From Bugula neritina (Eukaryota > Animalia > Bryozoa), in assembly GCA_964035545.1 (NCBI GenBank), contig OZ037766.1:28565673-28629672 (forward strand): a DNA stretch of 64,000 nucleotides, read 5' to 3'. Both the position numbers and the translations under genes were made by a program. The notes under the pieces were generated by a model that saw only the letters and a list, made by a program, of their open reading frames with translations, made no database searches and was not told the DNA's origin. Below, piece by piece: positions 14,801 through 25,400 of this stretch. Each line of letters begins with the position of its first letter. The stretch's first letter is position 1.

Positions 14801-16435
14801 TGATATCCAAATTACGACTCCGGTGGTATTGGCCGCAGATGGAGCGTGACATCCGGCTCAGAGTCAAACAGTGTGAGATCTGCCAGGCCAGTAAGCATAG
14901 CCGCCCCCCTGGTGAAGCAGGACGGCGGAGGCTATATGCTGGTAGGCCCTGGCAAGTAGTCGCTGTAGACCTGGTCGGACCCATGCCCCTGACCCCCAGA
15001 GGCAATAATTGGATCCTAGTACTAACCGACCACTTTACTAGGTGGGCGGATGCTCTGGCTATTCCAGATGCATCAGCCCCAACAGTGGCCAGGGCACTAG
15101 ACCAACATGTATTCTGTTATTTTGGGCTTCCCGAACAGATACACTCTGATCAAGGCGCTCAATTCCAGTCCCAACTGATGAGCGACCTTTGCCACCTCTG
15201 GGGAGTAAATCAGAGCAGGACCACCCCCTACCACCCTCAAGGTAACGGGGTGGTGGACCGCAACAACCGGATGCTAGGTGATGCACTCCGGAGTCTCTTC
15301 CTTGGACGAGGTCAAGAGGAATGGGATACGGTGTTGCCGCAAGTCATGCGTGCATACCGTAGCACCCCACACACCAGTACTGGTGAGACCCCAAACCTCT
15401 TGATGCTCGGGAGAGAGACTCGTGTCCCTGACCATCTCACCTATCACGTTCCAGAGCAAGACCACTCGGTTCACGAGTATGCCAGTGAACTAGTGGAACG
15501 GATGAAGGCCGCACACGATATACTGCGTCAACAGCAGTGGAAGGTGCGGCACGAAGATTCCGATGAACCACCTCTCTATCAAACGGGAGATAAGGTGTGG
15601 ATGGTCAATTACCGTAGGCGTCGCGGACAGGCTGATAAACTGAAGCCTAAGTTCGTAGGCCCCTACGTGGTCGTCGAGGCTATGCCCAATCATACGTACA
15701 AGATTGAGCGCTCAGGACAGGTGTCTATCCAGAATGAGTCTCGCTTGAAACCGTATTGGGCTAGCCCCGACGGAGTGGGAGAAGCCCCCCGTTGTTAGAG
15801 CCCAGGAGGCAGAAAACAACGCGCGGGCGACGGCGGCATGGACCTGAATACGAAGTGGTCATACCGCGGGAAGAAAACTTGGTGAGAGAGGAGCGGCAGC
15901 TTTTGTCAACAGAAGCGTGTCCGCCACCGCCAAGTCTAATTCCATCACTTCCAGAAACCGAGCCGGTTCCGGAAGTGCAAACCTCCACGGAGGGAGGGGC
16001 TCCATCCGGAGAACAAGAAGAGGTGACCGCTAACGGTGAAGTAGAGACGCCATTAGAGGCCCCTACTAACGAACCGGCAAGCGTGTCACCCCCCCCCTAG
16101 AAAGGGGACAGCGTACGAGGCAACCCCCCGCATACTTGAAGGACTTCGTATGTGACTGCATTAGAAGCGGTGCACATGAAAGTCTAGGGGAAAACCGTAC
16201 GATAGAATGTTGGAGTTGTGAACCCCACGCAAATATCAACTTTTGCGAGGGCGGAATAGTGGGAGGAATTAATGCGCGTAAAGCAAATAGTTCCGACCTC
16301 GTGCCTCAGAAACGATACTCAGCCTTTTCTTATGCTGACATCGCCAAAGGCAGACGTATCTCACAACCAGCTCCAACCTTACCAAGAACGTTGAGTATGG
16401 ACATTAATACCGAGTTCCCAGGTAAGCCAGTATAA
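11809..16435 (+). pseudogene. pol: Gypsy Pol (PR-RT-RNaseH-IN), disrupted
   Basis: LLDSGC protease; YLDD RT; DTDAS RNase H; HHCC and D-D integrase; GPY motif. Stops at 12702 and 12879; frameshifts near 12150-12159, 13640, 15785-15790 and 16089-16097. Confidence 0.92.
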
Positions 16436-16452
16436 GTCTTGTATTCCTATTC

Positions 16453-17526
16453 ATGGAAACGGGCTCGATGCCAGTAAATTCTGAACTAATTCAGCAGATT
16501 GAATCAGAATTACTGGGAACCACGTTTCATGTGAATGACGATGAAGACACTGTAAAGGCCGACGGTCTGTTAGACCTGGAGCTAGACACTGTTCTTGGTC
16601 AGTCCACACATGATCTATCGGTTCCTCGAGTGCATACCAAAAGCTGTGACTCTCAGGCTAGCAACGGTCGACAGTCACTAGAATTATGTTGTAAAGATCC
16701 ACCGCGATCTAACAATAATTCTACTTTTGTAGACACACTCGCGCCCGTCTCTCCGGGCATGCCTTCTCTAGAGATGGCGTGGGACCCAGAGCCAGCCCCA
16801 ACAACTTCTACAACCAGGCAACTGCCACCCCAGTTGGAAGCAACCTCCAACTGGATTACCCCTGCCACAGAGAGAGAGATTAGGACCCATCAAGGAGGTG
16901 AGAGTAATCGTGAATGCAACCTCTGCCAGCAGCGATTCACAACCCACCGCAGACTAAAAGTACACTTGCCGCAGCACTACATCACCACTTTCTGCCCTTG
17001 CGGAGAATATAGCTACAATCGTGATTACCTATTGCGGCACCAACGTACTATGCAGTGTTATCAAGGGCATGTCTATGAAGTAGACGAATCATCCTATCCT
17101 GCCTTTCTCAACGCCATCAAACCACTCATCACTGACTCAGCTCGGCTATCTCGCCTGGAGCAAGGCTTCCCTTCCCCGCGACCCATCATCTCTGGAGCCG
17201 CAGATAAACCTACACAGTCTACTAACTCTCCACCTCACAGTCCTCTGCGCATGCCGCATACCTTTCCTCGTGTCGTACTACAGAGGGTAGACACAAATGC
17301 GTATACACTCCCTCCTCCCCTTCCATCCTCAGAGCGGAAAAGACACAGACAGCCGACTTCCTCTCGCTCATCCCCCTGGGCCCGCAACCTACGTGAAGTA
17401 GAAGCTAGGGCACACGACTTGGAGCAAGAAGTGTACAGACTGGCCCCACGGGTGCAGGCTGCATCCAGTGAACTCAAATATTTACAGGAGTCTATTAAAC
17501 GCATGAAGCGTGCGGCCCGCAGTTAA
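16453..17526 (+). CDS. Gypsy accessory ORF3: acidic N-terminus, two C2H2/C2HC-like zinc fingers, basic patch, C-terminal coiled coil
   Basis: 357-aa ATG ORF; CNLC..HLPQH and CPC..HQRTMQC; ERKRHR; heptad-rich tail; no signal peptide or TM segment visible. Confidence 0.75.
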   Translation: METGSMPVNSELIQQIESELLGTTFHVNDDEDTVKADGLLDLELDTVLGQSTHDLSVPRVHTKSCDSQASNGRQSLELCCKDPPRSNNNSTFVDTLAPVSPGMPSLEMAWDPEPAPTTSTTRQLPPQLEATSNWITPATEREIRTHQGGESNRECNLCQQRFTTHRRLKVHLPQHYITTFCPCGEYSYNRDYLLRHQRTMQCYQGHVYEVDESSYPAFLNAIKPLITDSARLSRLEQGFPSPRPIISGAADKPTQSTNSPPHSPLRMPHTFPRVVLQRVDTNAYTLPPPLPSSERKRHRQPTSSRSSPWARNLREVEARAHDLEQEVYRLAPRVQAASSELKYLQESIKRMKRAARS

Positions 17527-17783
17527 CTTGAGTCTACCTACAATTCCATACTACTCTTCCCCTACCTCTCTGTGGCATTCCCTACCGTAATGGTGGCACG
17601 TACTCTACATGTAGATAGGACCTTCTCTTACTTATTACTTATTGTGCACGTTATATATACCTGTATATTTTATCAGTTGTTTTTTTTTTGTATATACTTT
17701 TATACTGTTCTCTTACCCCCCCCACAACGAAGTATACGTTTTTTTATGTGAATTTTTTTTTATCAGAAAGTGGGCTTTCTGCT

Positions 17784-17794
17784 GGAGGGGGCAG
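17784..17794 (+). promoter_or_regulatory. Polypurine tract
   Basis: GGAGGGGGCAG immediately before the 3' LTR. Confidence 0.8.
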
Positions 17795-18100
17795 TGTGGT
17801 GGCTCGTGGAGCTACCAGCAACACAATACGCAAGGTTGTGTATTGACCCGGAACAATGTATTAGCCAATTAGCTAGGCTGTTTTATGAGTAAGAGTAGCA
17901 GCTTCGCGCTACTAGCTCAGTTGAGGATAGTGCTGTAAATTAAATAGACGTGTGTATCATTACTGTTGTACATTAGATTTTATTATGTATTCTTGTATTA
18001 AAATATAACGATATCTACTCGACTTAACTCGGTGAAGTTTCTCTAGTGATAAATAGACTCTCTTGGTGGCACATCAACCCTAAATCTGGAAAACATAACA
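17795..18100 (+). repeat. Gypsy 3' LTR
   Basis: 306-bp direct repeat of 10661-10966. Confidence 0.96.
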
Positions 18101-19423
18101 ATATATACTAGTAGCACCCTGGTTTGCTAAAAGAACTTCATATCACAAAGTTATTTCAGCAATGCATAGTTTTCTTTATACCAATAAGATGTAAAAGTTC
18201 AAAAGCAGTTTATATCTACAAAAAACTGATATTTAAAATCCAATGAGTTAAGTCAGTAAAAGCATACACATATTACATCATTAAAACAATACATGAGTTC
18301 CATTGCCTCAAATTACTCATGGTGCTATATTGAAGCAGAATTTCAAACGAAAGTTTTGCTTTATTTGAGGCAGAAGTGTTTTGTTGCAAAAAGCTTTCCA
18401 GTGACTTTTACCAAGAGTTTAAAAGAAAAGGCATTAACCCCTAGGACTGATTTAAATAATGTCAGTGACTTGCAAAACAGGGGCTGTTATATCTTTAATG
18501 GTGTACATAGTTTCTTTTTTCTTCTCAAATCTATTTTAATTACCTATTATCCTTTTACATTTTTTACACGATTATAAAAGCATTTTTTAAAACTTTTATC
18601 GTGCATGTGAATGACTAGGCATTTATTAATGATTATATTGGATGGGAAGGATAATTTTAGACTAAAGATTTTTTCTCAATTGTTGAAGAATTTAAACTCA
18701 CTGCTACTCAAATTGTAATGCAACAGTTATATGACGGAGCAGTGATCACTAAAACACTTAAATAGTTGCATAAACTGACGTAAATGGTTTTCGAAACATT
18801 GTCCTAGCAGTGTACAACATGTCCTAGCAGCTTACAAGACTACAATAGTAATTATATAACCAGGGCCTCATAAGCACTGAAACCTAATATTATCAGTTTA
18901 TCATATTCATACACTTGTTTTGTTAGTATTTCCACTGCAGTGACAGTAAAAGTGGAAAATAAAGTGACAGGTAAAAGCCATATATATAATTATTTGAATG
19001 CCAGAAATAGTCTGAGCATTGTTTTTATTCTACAATATATAAAAATATGAAGTCAACATAATTATTACATTACTAATATTGCAACAGTTCAATGTTCCTA
19101 TATTACCAAACATAAAATATTTAAATTAGTGAAACATGATATTAAAACCCAAATAACATTAGTTATCATAGAAATTATACTTTGAAAAGCTAACAGGAAT
19201 TCAGGTGCTGTTATAAATATAAGATTATAAATGGAGGCAGCTAATAAATTTGTAAGCTTGACAAAATTTTATTCCAGGTTTAGTCTGCTATAATTATTGA
19301 TACCATAAGATGTAAAATAGTTCAGTGCTATAAGTTGTACTGGAAAAATTTGTAGAATTTTCATAACAAATAAATGCATTTGCATTTATTCTAGACGAGC
19401 TCTATAAAAGTTTTACATCACAT

Positions 19424-22400
19424 TCACAAGATATTGTAAATCTTTAAAGATTTGCCACAAACTGTCAGCAGTTCATCTCCATTAATTGAGACAGAGTCTG
19501 CATCTCCAACATTACCAAGATGTGTATTCACGCATTTACCTGAAATAAAATAGTAAACTCTTAAATTATACTTCAGTGAGATGCAACATATAAATAAATG
19601 GCACTAATTATTACCAGCATTTATGCTTAAGACTTGCCAGTGCACAAACTGCAACAGACTTCTGTAAACACAATACAACACTTGCATATTACTATAAAAA
19701 CATCATGACAACAGAGATTTATACAGTTAGTAATATGTATATTAACCAAATACCATAGTCAATTATAGTGACATTATATTACAAATTAGGACAAAAGCTC
19801 TAAACCAGTCTTTTTTCCTTAGTAGACTACTCTGCCTACAGCCTCCCTGAATCACTCAGTATAACACAGTACAGTACTCACCTGTATCACAGTCCAACTC
19901 AGAAACCTCCCCATCTTTTCCTATAACCAATATTTTGCTGCCTCTGTAACAAACAACTGATTGTGGCTCTTTAATAGCTGCAGAAGTCCAAACCACTTGC
20001 CCACTGCTGATGTTGATCAGGGAGATGGTACTTTTAACTGAGACGGCAACACAGTCTGCCCTCACAGGACATATGCCATTTGTATCACCATCAGAGTTGA
20101 ACGAAATTTCTTGGATAATCTTACCATGCAATGTGTACACTGACACTGTTCTCTTACCACAATTTCTTACAACTATTCTGTCCCCTACTGCAGTAAGTAA
20201 GTTTCCATCACTACTAGAATCATGATGATCCCACTGACGTAGTAACTTGCCGTTCAGGTCACTGACAAATATTCTCCATGGCTTGCCATAGTTTAACAAG
20301 TAAATTTCATTATTGTAAGCAGTCATTCCATTTACGGCGCCAGTACTAAAAGCTTTTTTTATATATTTTGTTGTCAAACTATTTATATCTAATGAGAGTA
20401 TATCACTTCTTCGTGACGTGAAATATGTTGTATCATTCATGACATTCAAGTGATTAAAACCACTCTGCACAAACTTAAATAATTTAGTCAAATGAATACT
20501 GGTAGGATTCAGAGCCACACAGCCATGTTTGATTTCAATCTCCGCAGTCCGATATTTTCCTAAAAGCAGAAAATAGTAACTATAGCTATCTTCTTCTTCA
20601 CATTTAAACGACTTTAGGTAAAATGGCACGAATGTAAAGGACGTAAGAATGGCACACAGATGTTGGGTTTTCCCAAACTCCAAGCTCAAACCCCCCACCC
20701 CAAACCCTCATATTGAGAATGCGCCATTTTTACCTACTTTGCTACTTATGCCATTATTACCTGTGCCATTTTAGCTGTGCCACTTTTACCGGTGCCACTT
20801 TTGCTGGACACACATTTAAACAATATCTACAGTTAATCAGAATAATACTAAACAACAAACAAAACTAAACTCTGACATTGATCACAGAATTCTTTACTAG
20901 ATAATAGATGTTATATAATCTATATAAATAGGCAATGGTGAAAATTTAGAAGATGTCCTGATACACAATAGCTCTAGAGAAAACTACTAGAATTGCATAA
21001 CTTCTGTTGAATGTGTGGCCATTGTGTAGAGTATTAATTGTGAAATAGGCTTTGGGTATTTATATTGATTGCTGATTCAACTTATCAAGCAAACTGATTG
21101 AATGATTTAATTAATTGTTAATAAAACATTTATTGGAATGAAAAATATCATGATATGGTTTTGTGCAACATAAAACGGAAGAGAGGGGTAACAAGTATAT
21201 AGCGATTCTAGTACATAAATTAATTAGTATATTGTCACGTGATTGTCATGAATGTGATTAGCGATAGGATCGCATAATTGTTTCTCAACACGCACCCTCA
21301 AGCATGTGATTCGATAGCTAATAGCTCCAGTGCAATTCTGGGATTGGTTTTAGGCAAGCTCTTAGTCATGAAATCGGCAGAGTTCTTCACTCCTTTGATG
21401 TGTTGGTACACTATAGTGGTTTGCTCTCTGACAAAGTGGGACCTAATATCAATGTGTTTGCTCCTCTGATGTGAGTATGGTTTTCCCTTAGTGAGGGCAA
21501 TGGCTCCAAGGTTGTCGGTGAAAAGTGTGTTAGGGTTATGCTGTTTCATCTTGAATGTTTTGCACAAAGTCTGTAGGAATAGCATCTCTTTTGTAGCTTT
21601 GGCTAATGCCATGTATTCAGCCTCACATGATGATAAGGCCACTGTGGGCTGTCGTTGGCTGTTCTAAATTATAGGGGCTCCACCCAGTGTGAATACATAT
21701 CCTGTTGTTGATCTTCGTGTAGAGGTTTCTTCGCCCCAATCTGCATCCACATAGCCCACTAGTTATTGTTGATTGGGAGTGAATCTGAGATTGAACTCTT
21801 TAGTACCTTTAAGGTATCATAGCAGCCGTTTCAGGGCAGCAATATGTGCAGGTCCAGGTCTTTCTAGGTGTTGTGAGAGCTTTCCAATGATCCATGCTGG
21901 GTCTGGACATGTGGCGGTCATAAGGTATATGAGAGAACCTATAACCTGCCTGTAGGGGTAGTCCTTTGAAAGCTCATATTCGTCGTCTGTTGCTTTTTCT
22001 AGTTGTAAGTCCTTTTCAGCAGGAGTATATACAGAGTTGCAATCTGCCATATTGTAGGTGTTCAGCAGCGTGTCTATGTAGCGCTCTTGAGACATAATGT
22101 ACTGGTCCTCATGTCTCCTAAAGTCTATCCCCCAGGAACCAGCTTAATTCTCCTCTATTAACCATGTTAAATTTTTGTTGCATCATAGATTTGGTTTGTG
22201 TTATTCTGTTGTCTCTCGGCAGCAGAGAAGGATGTCCTCAACCCAGAAAAGAATGATGGTGTTGGCTGATTTATCTGAAGGGTCCTCTTTTGAGTATAGA
22301 CAATGGTCTCCGGCACCAGATGTGAAGCTTTGCTCCTTGAGGAAAGCGGTCAGTGTTTGGTGCCAATTGCGTCTGCTTTGTTTGAGGCCATATATGAATT

Positions 22401-25400
22401 TGTTGAGACAGGAAAGCTTCCCTTGGTTGCTGGTTTCTTCGTACCCTTCAGGCTGTTGTGGATAGATTTCCTTATCGATTGGTGCGTTGAGGTACGCTCC
22501 TTTAACATCTAGTTGATGTATCTTCATGTTTTCATTTGCTTTTTTCTGTAACAGCAATCTGATCGATGTGAATCTGGTGGTTGGACTGTAAGTTTCGTCA
22601 TAGTCAACTCCTTGTATTTGTGAAAATCCTTTTGCTACGTATCTAGCTATATAATGAGTCTCACCTGAGGTTTTTTCCCTGCTTGAGGGTATAAACCCAT
22701 CTCTGCCCTTGGTCTTTTTTCTGTCTTCAGGTAGCGGCTGGATAGACCAGGTGTTTGAATCACGTAGGGTGTTCATTTCTTTGTCCATAGCTCTATTCCA
22801 GGCTTCTTTATTTTTTGAATTTACAGCTTCTTGGTAGGACTGTGGTAAGTTCGCCATCAGTGAGCAAGCATAGTCGGTGTCTTCTATGCATAGTCCTGTA
22901 GGTATGTAGGAAGCTTTCGTTTTCGTTCTGACTTACGTAGTCCAGGTTAGTCCGTGGCATTTGCTGAATCTGGTGCAAATTCTTGTGGCATGGTATTCTG
23001 GGTACCATTTCCACTGTTTTGTGTGGGTCCTTGTGGCATGATGTTCATTGCGTCATTTCTGCATTCTTATACAGGTTCTTGTGGCATGGTATTCTGAGTA
23101 CCATTTCTGCTGTTTTGTGCAGGTCCTTGTGGCATGAAGTTCATTGCGTCATTTCTGCATTTTTGTACAGGTTCTTGTGGCATGGTATTTTGAGTACCAT
23201 TTCTGCTGTTTCGTGGGGTCCTTGTGGCATGACGTTTATTGCTTCATTTCCACATATTTGTGGTATGACATTTCTGGATGTGACAAATTTCTGATTAGGG
23301 GTAAGTATAAGGTAATCTTTATCCTTTGTGTTGACACCAAAATATATGCCGCTTTTTCCCCGGTCATTGAGTTTTAACTATTTCCCTCTGAGTAGAATGT
23401 GCATTAGGATCTAAAAATGTGAATTTTCCTCATGTCAGCTAGCGTGCCTGTAAATAACTCATAGGCTGTCTTTCCCATCTGTCTCTGGTAGCTTCGGTTT
23501 CTTAGGTACTTGGCATGGTCAGCAGCAAAACTCCAGAAGGTCTTGGGAAGATTTGAATCTTTGAGTAGGCACCGTGCTGTGTCCATTATGGTGCGCCAAG
23601 TCCTCTCTGATTTACCATTCTGGTAGGATGAGTAGGGAGCTGTAGTGGTGTGTTTGATTCCCCTTTCACGTAGCACGGCTTCAAATGACTGTCCAAGGTA
23701 TTTCATACCGTGGTCAGTATGGATCTCCTTCACATTTCCTGTAGGTGCCACATCTGCGATGAATTGCTAAAGTGCAGTGGCGGCATCACTTTTGTGGTGT
23801 ATATTATAGGTGAACAACATGCTGGAAAATTCATCTATGAAGTTTATTATGTAGTTTTGTCCTCCTCTAGCAGTTGGTGTGATGGGTCCGCATAAGTCAG
23901 AGTGTACACGTTGTAGAGGCTGTGTAGCTTGTTCAGGTTTATCGTCTTGTTTGTGAGGTTGTTTGGTGATTTTACTTTTGTCACATGTCTTGCATGCAAT
24001 TTTTAATTATGCTCCGATTATGGTCATACCTGTTGTCACTTTTTCCAGCTCAATTATGTCATTGGTGTTTATGTGAGCCAGTGCCCTGTGCCAATCGGGC
24101 AGCGATTTTGCAGTATTCATTGAGTCACCTGCATTGGTTGTCTTGAGGAAGTACAATCTGCCTTTGGGCATGATTGGAAGAGTTGTCCTGTCGACTGTTA
24201 GTATATTTTTCTCTTTAGAGAAATTTACTTTTGCCCCTTTTTGTGTGGCAGCGTGGACTGAAAATAGGCTTGTTGGTATTGTTGGTGCCAGCAAAGCGTC
24301 TTTTAGATGAATCCGCTGCTTCATATTGTTGTCATCAGTAATAGTAAACTGATTTACTGAAATAATAAATGTGACGGATAAACAGAAGTTATCAGATAGC
24401 ATAACTCATACCCTTCACTTTGAGTCTAGGCAAGTCTTTAGTTGGTAACTTTGGCATTCCTTCCAAGGTCAGCTGCTTCAACTCTGTTTCTAATTCCTCA
24501 AATCTGTTAACAACATCTACCTGCAAGACGTATGCAATTAGTTTGAATCAGACTCCTCAGACTATTAGAAAGTTTAGTCTTTTATTAGTGCAACTGTTTT
24601 CAGATAACAGACTATGATCTGGTAACTCGAGCCTCGTTCTGGTACCAAGTGCCAGTAGAGTTTCTGGTATTTGATGATATTTCTATAAAAAACTAAATAA
24701 ATATTTTATATTCATTAAAAAGTAACTTCATTTAGACACTACCCTCAAACTATAAATAAAATATTTGCATCTTGTATACCTCATGGCTGTCCTTTACACT
24801 AACATCTAGTCTCTGAATTCCCACACTCAAACTGTCTAGTCTTTTAGCAACTTCCTCATCCATGAAATTAACTACTTCCTGTCTAAAGTTCTGTCTGTGT
24901 GTCATAAGTTCTGTTTCTATTTCATCATACTTGGCTTTGATGGCCGCAATCTATTAACAGTTACACGCCTCCATACTTTCATTGATTTAGTCATAAGTTG
25001 CAAAGTGACATTGAACGTTATTAGAAAAATTAAAAACTAAAATATTCATAAAAAGGTTAAATAAAAAGCAACTTTTTTCAAAAACATGTATCTAGTGCAC
25101 TTACAATATAATGATATATGATGACTTTTAAAATACATTATTGCAAGAACTATTTTAAAAGCTATTTTAATGCGTGTGAGCGTGTGCTTGTGTGCGTGTT
25201 GTGTAATATATAGAAAATATTATATCTGTTCGACTCTAACCTGCTCATCTCTTGTTTTATGTAAAAGTTCTTTCTGTTCCCCAGTCTCCTTGTCAATCTC
25301 TACTAAGGTCACATGACTCTGCTTTAAAAGAGTAGACAACTCTCCTTCTTTCTTCTGAGCTTCAGTTTTCAACTCACTAAACTTCACTCTAAGTCTCTTT

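Larger units (their letters stand above)
10661..18100 (+). mobile_element. Full-length Ty3/Gypsy LTR retrotransposon (7440 bp)
   Basis: Two 306-bp TG..CA LTRs; ATAT TSD at 10657-10660 and 18101-18104; PBS; PPT; domain order gag-PR-RT-RH-IN. Confidence 0.97.
21005..24377 (-). mobile_element. 5'-truncated, degenerate Ty1/Copia retrotransposon in TRIM copy 2 intron 6
   Basis: Minus-strand order IN (WHRALAH; QNGKSER), RT (YIARYVAKGFSQIQGVDYDETYSP; YGLKQS), RNaseH (ALSSCEAEY; RSKHIDIRSHFVRE). Many stops and frameshifts. Host intron homology resumes near 24378. Confidence 0.92.

Noticed and set aside
10994-17504. Many minus-strand ORFs within the Gypsy element
   Set aside because: Shadow ORFs of GC-rich coding sequence with no motifs.
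16453-17526. ORF3 as an envelope gene
   Set aside because: No signal peptide or transmembrane segment; has zinc-finger motifs instead.
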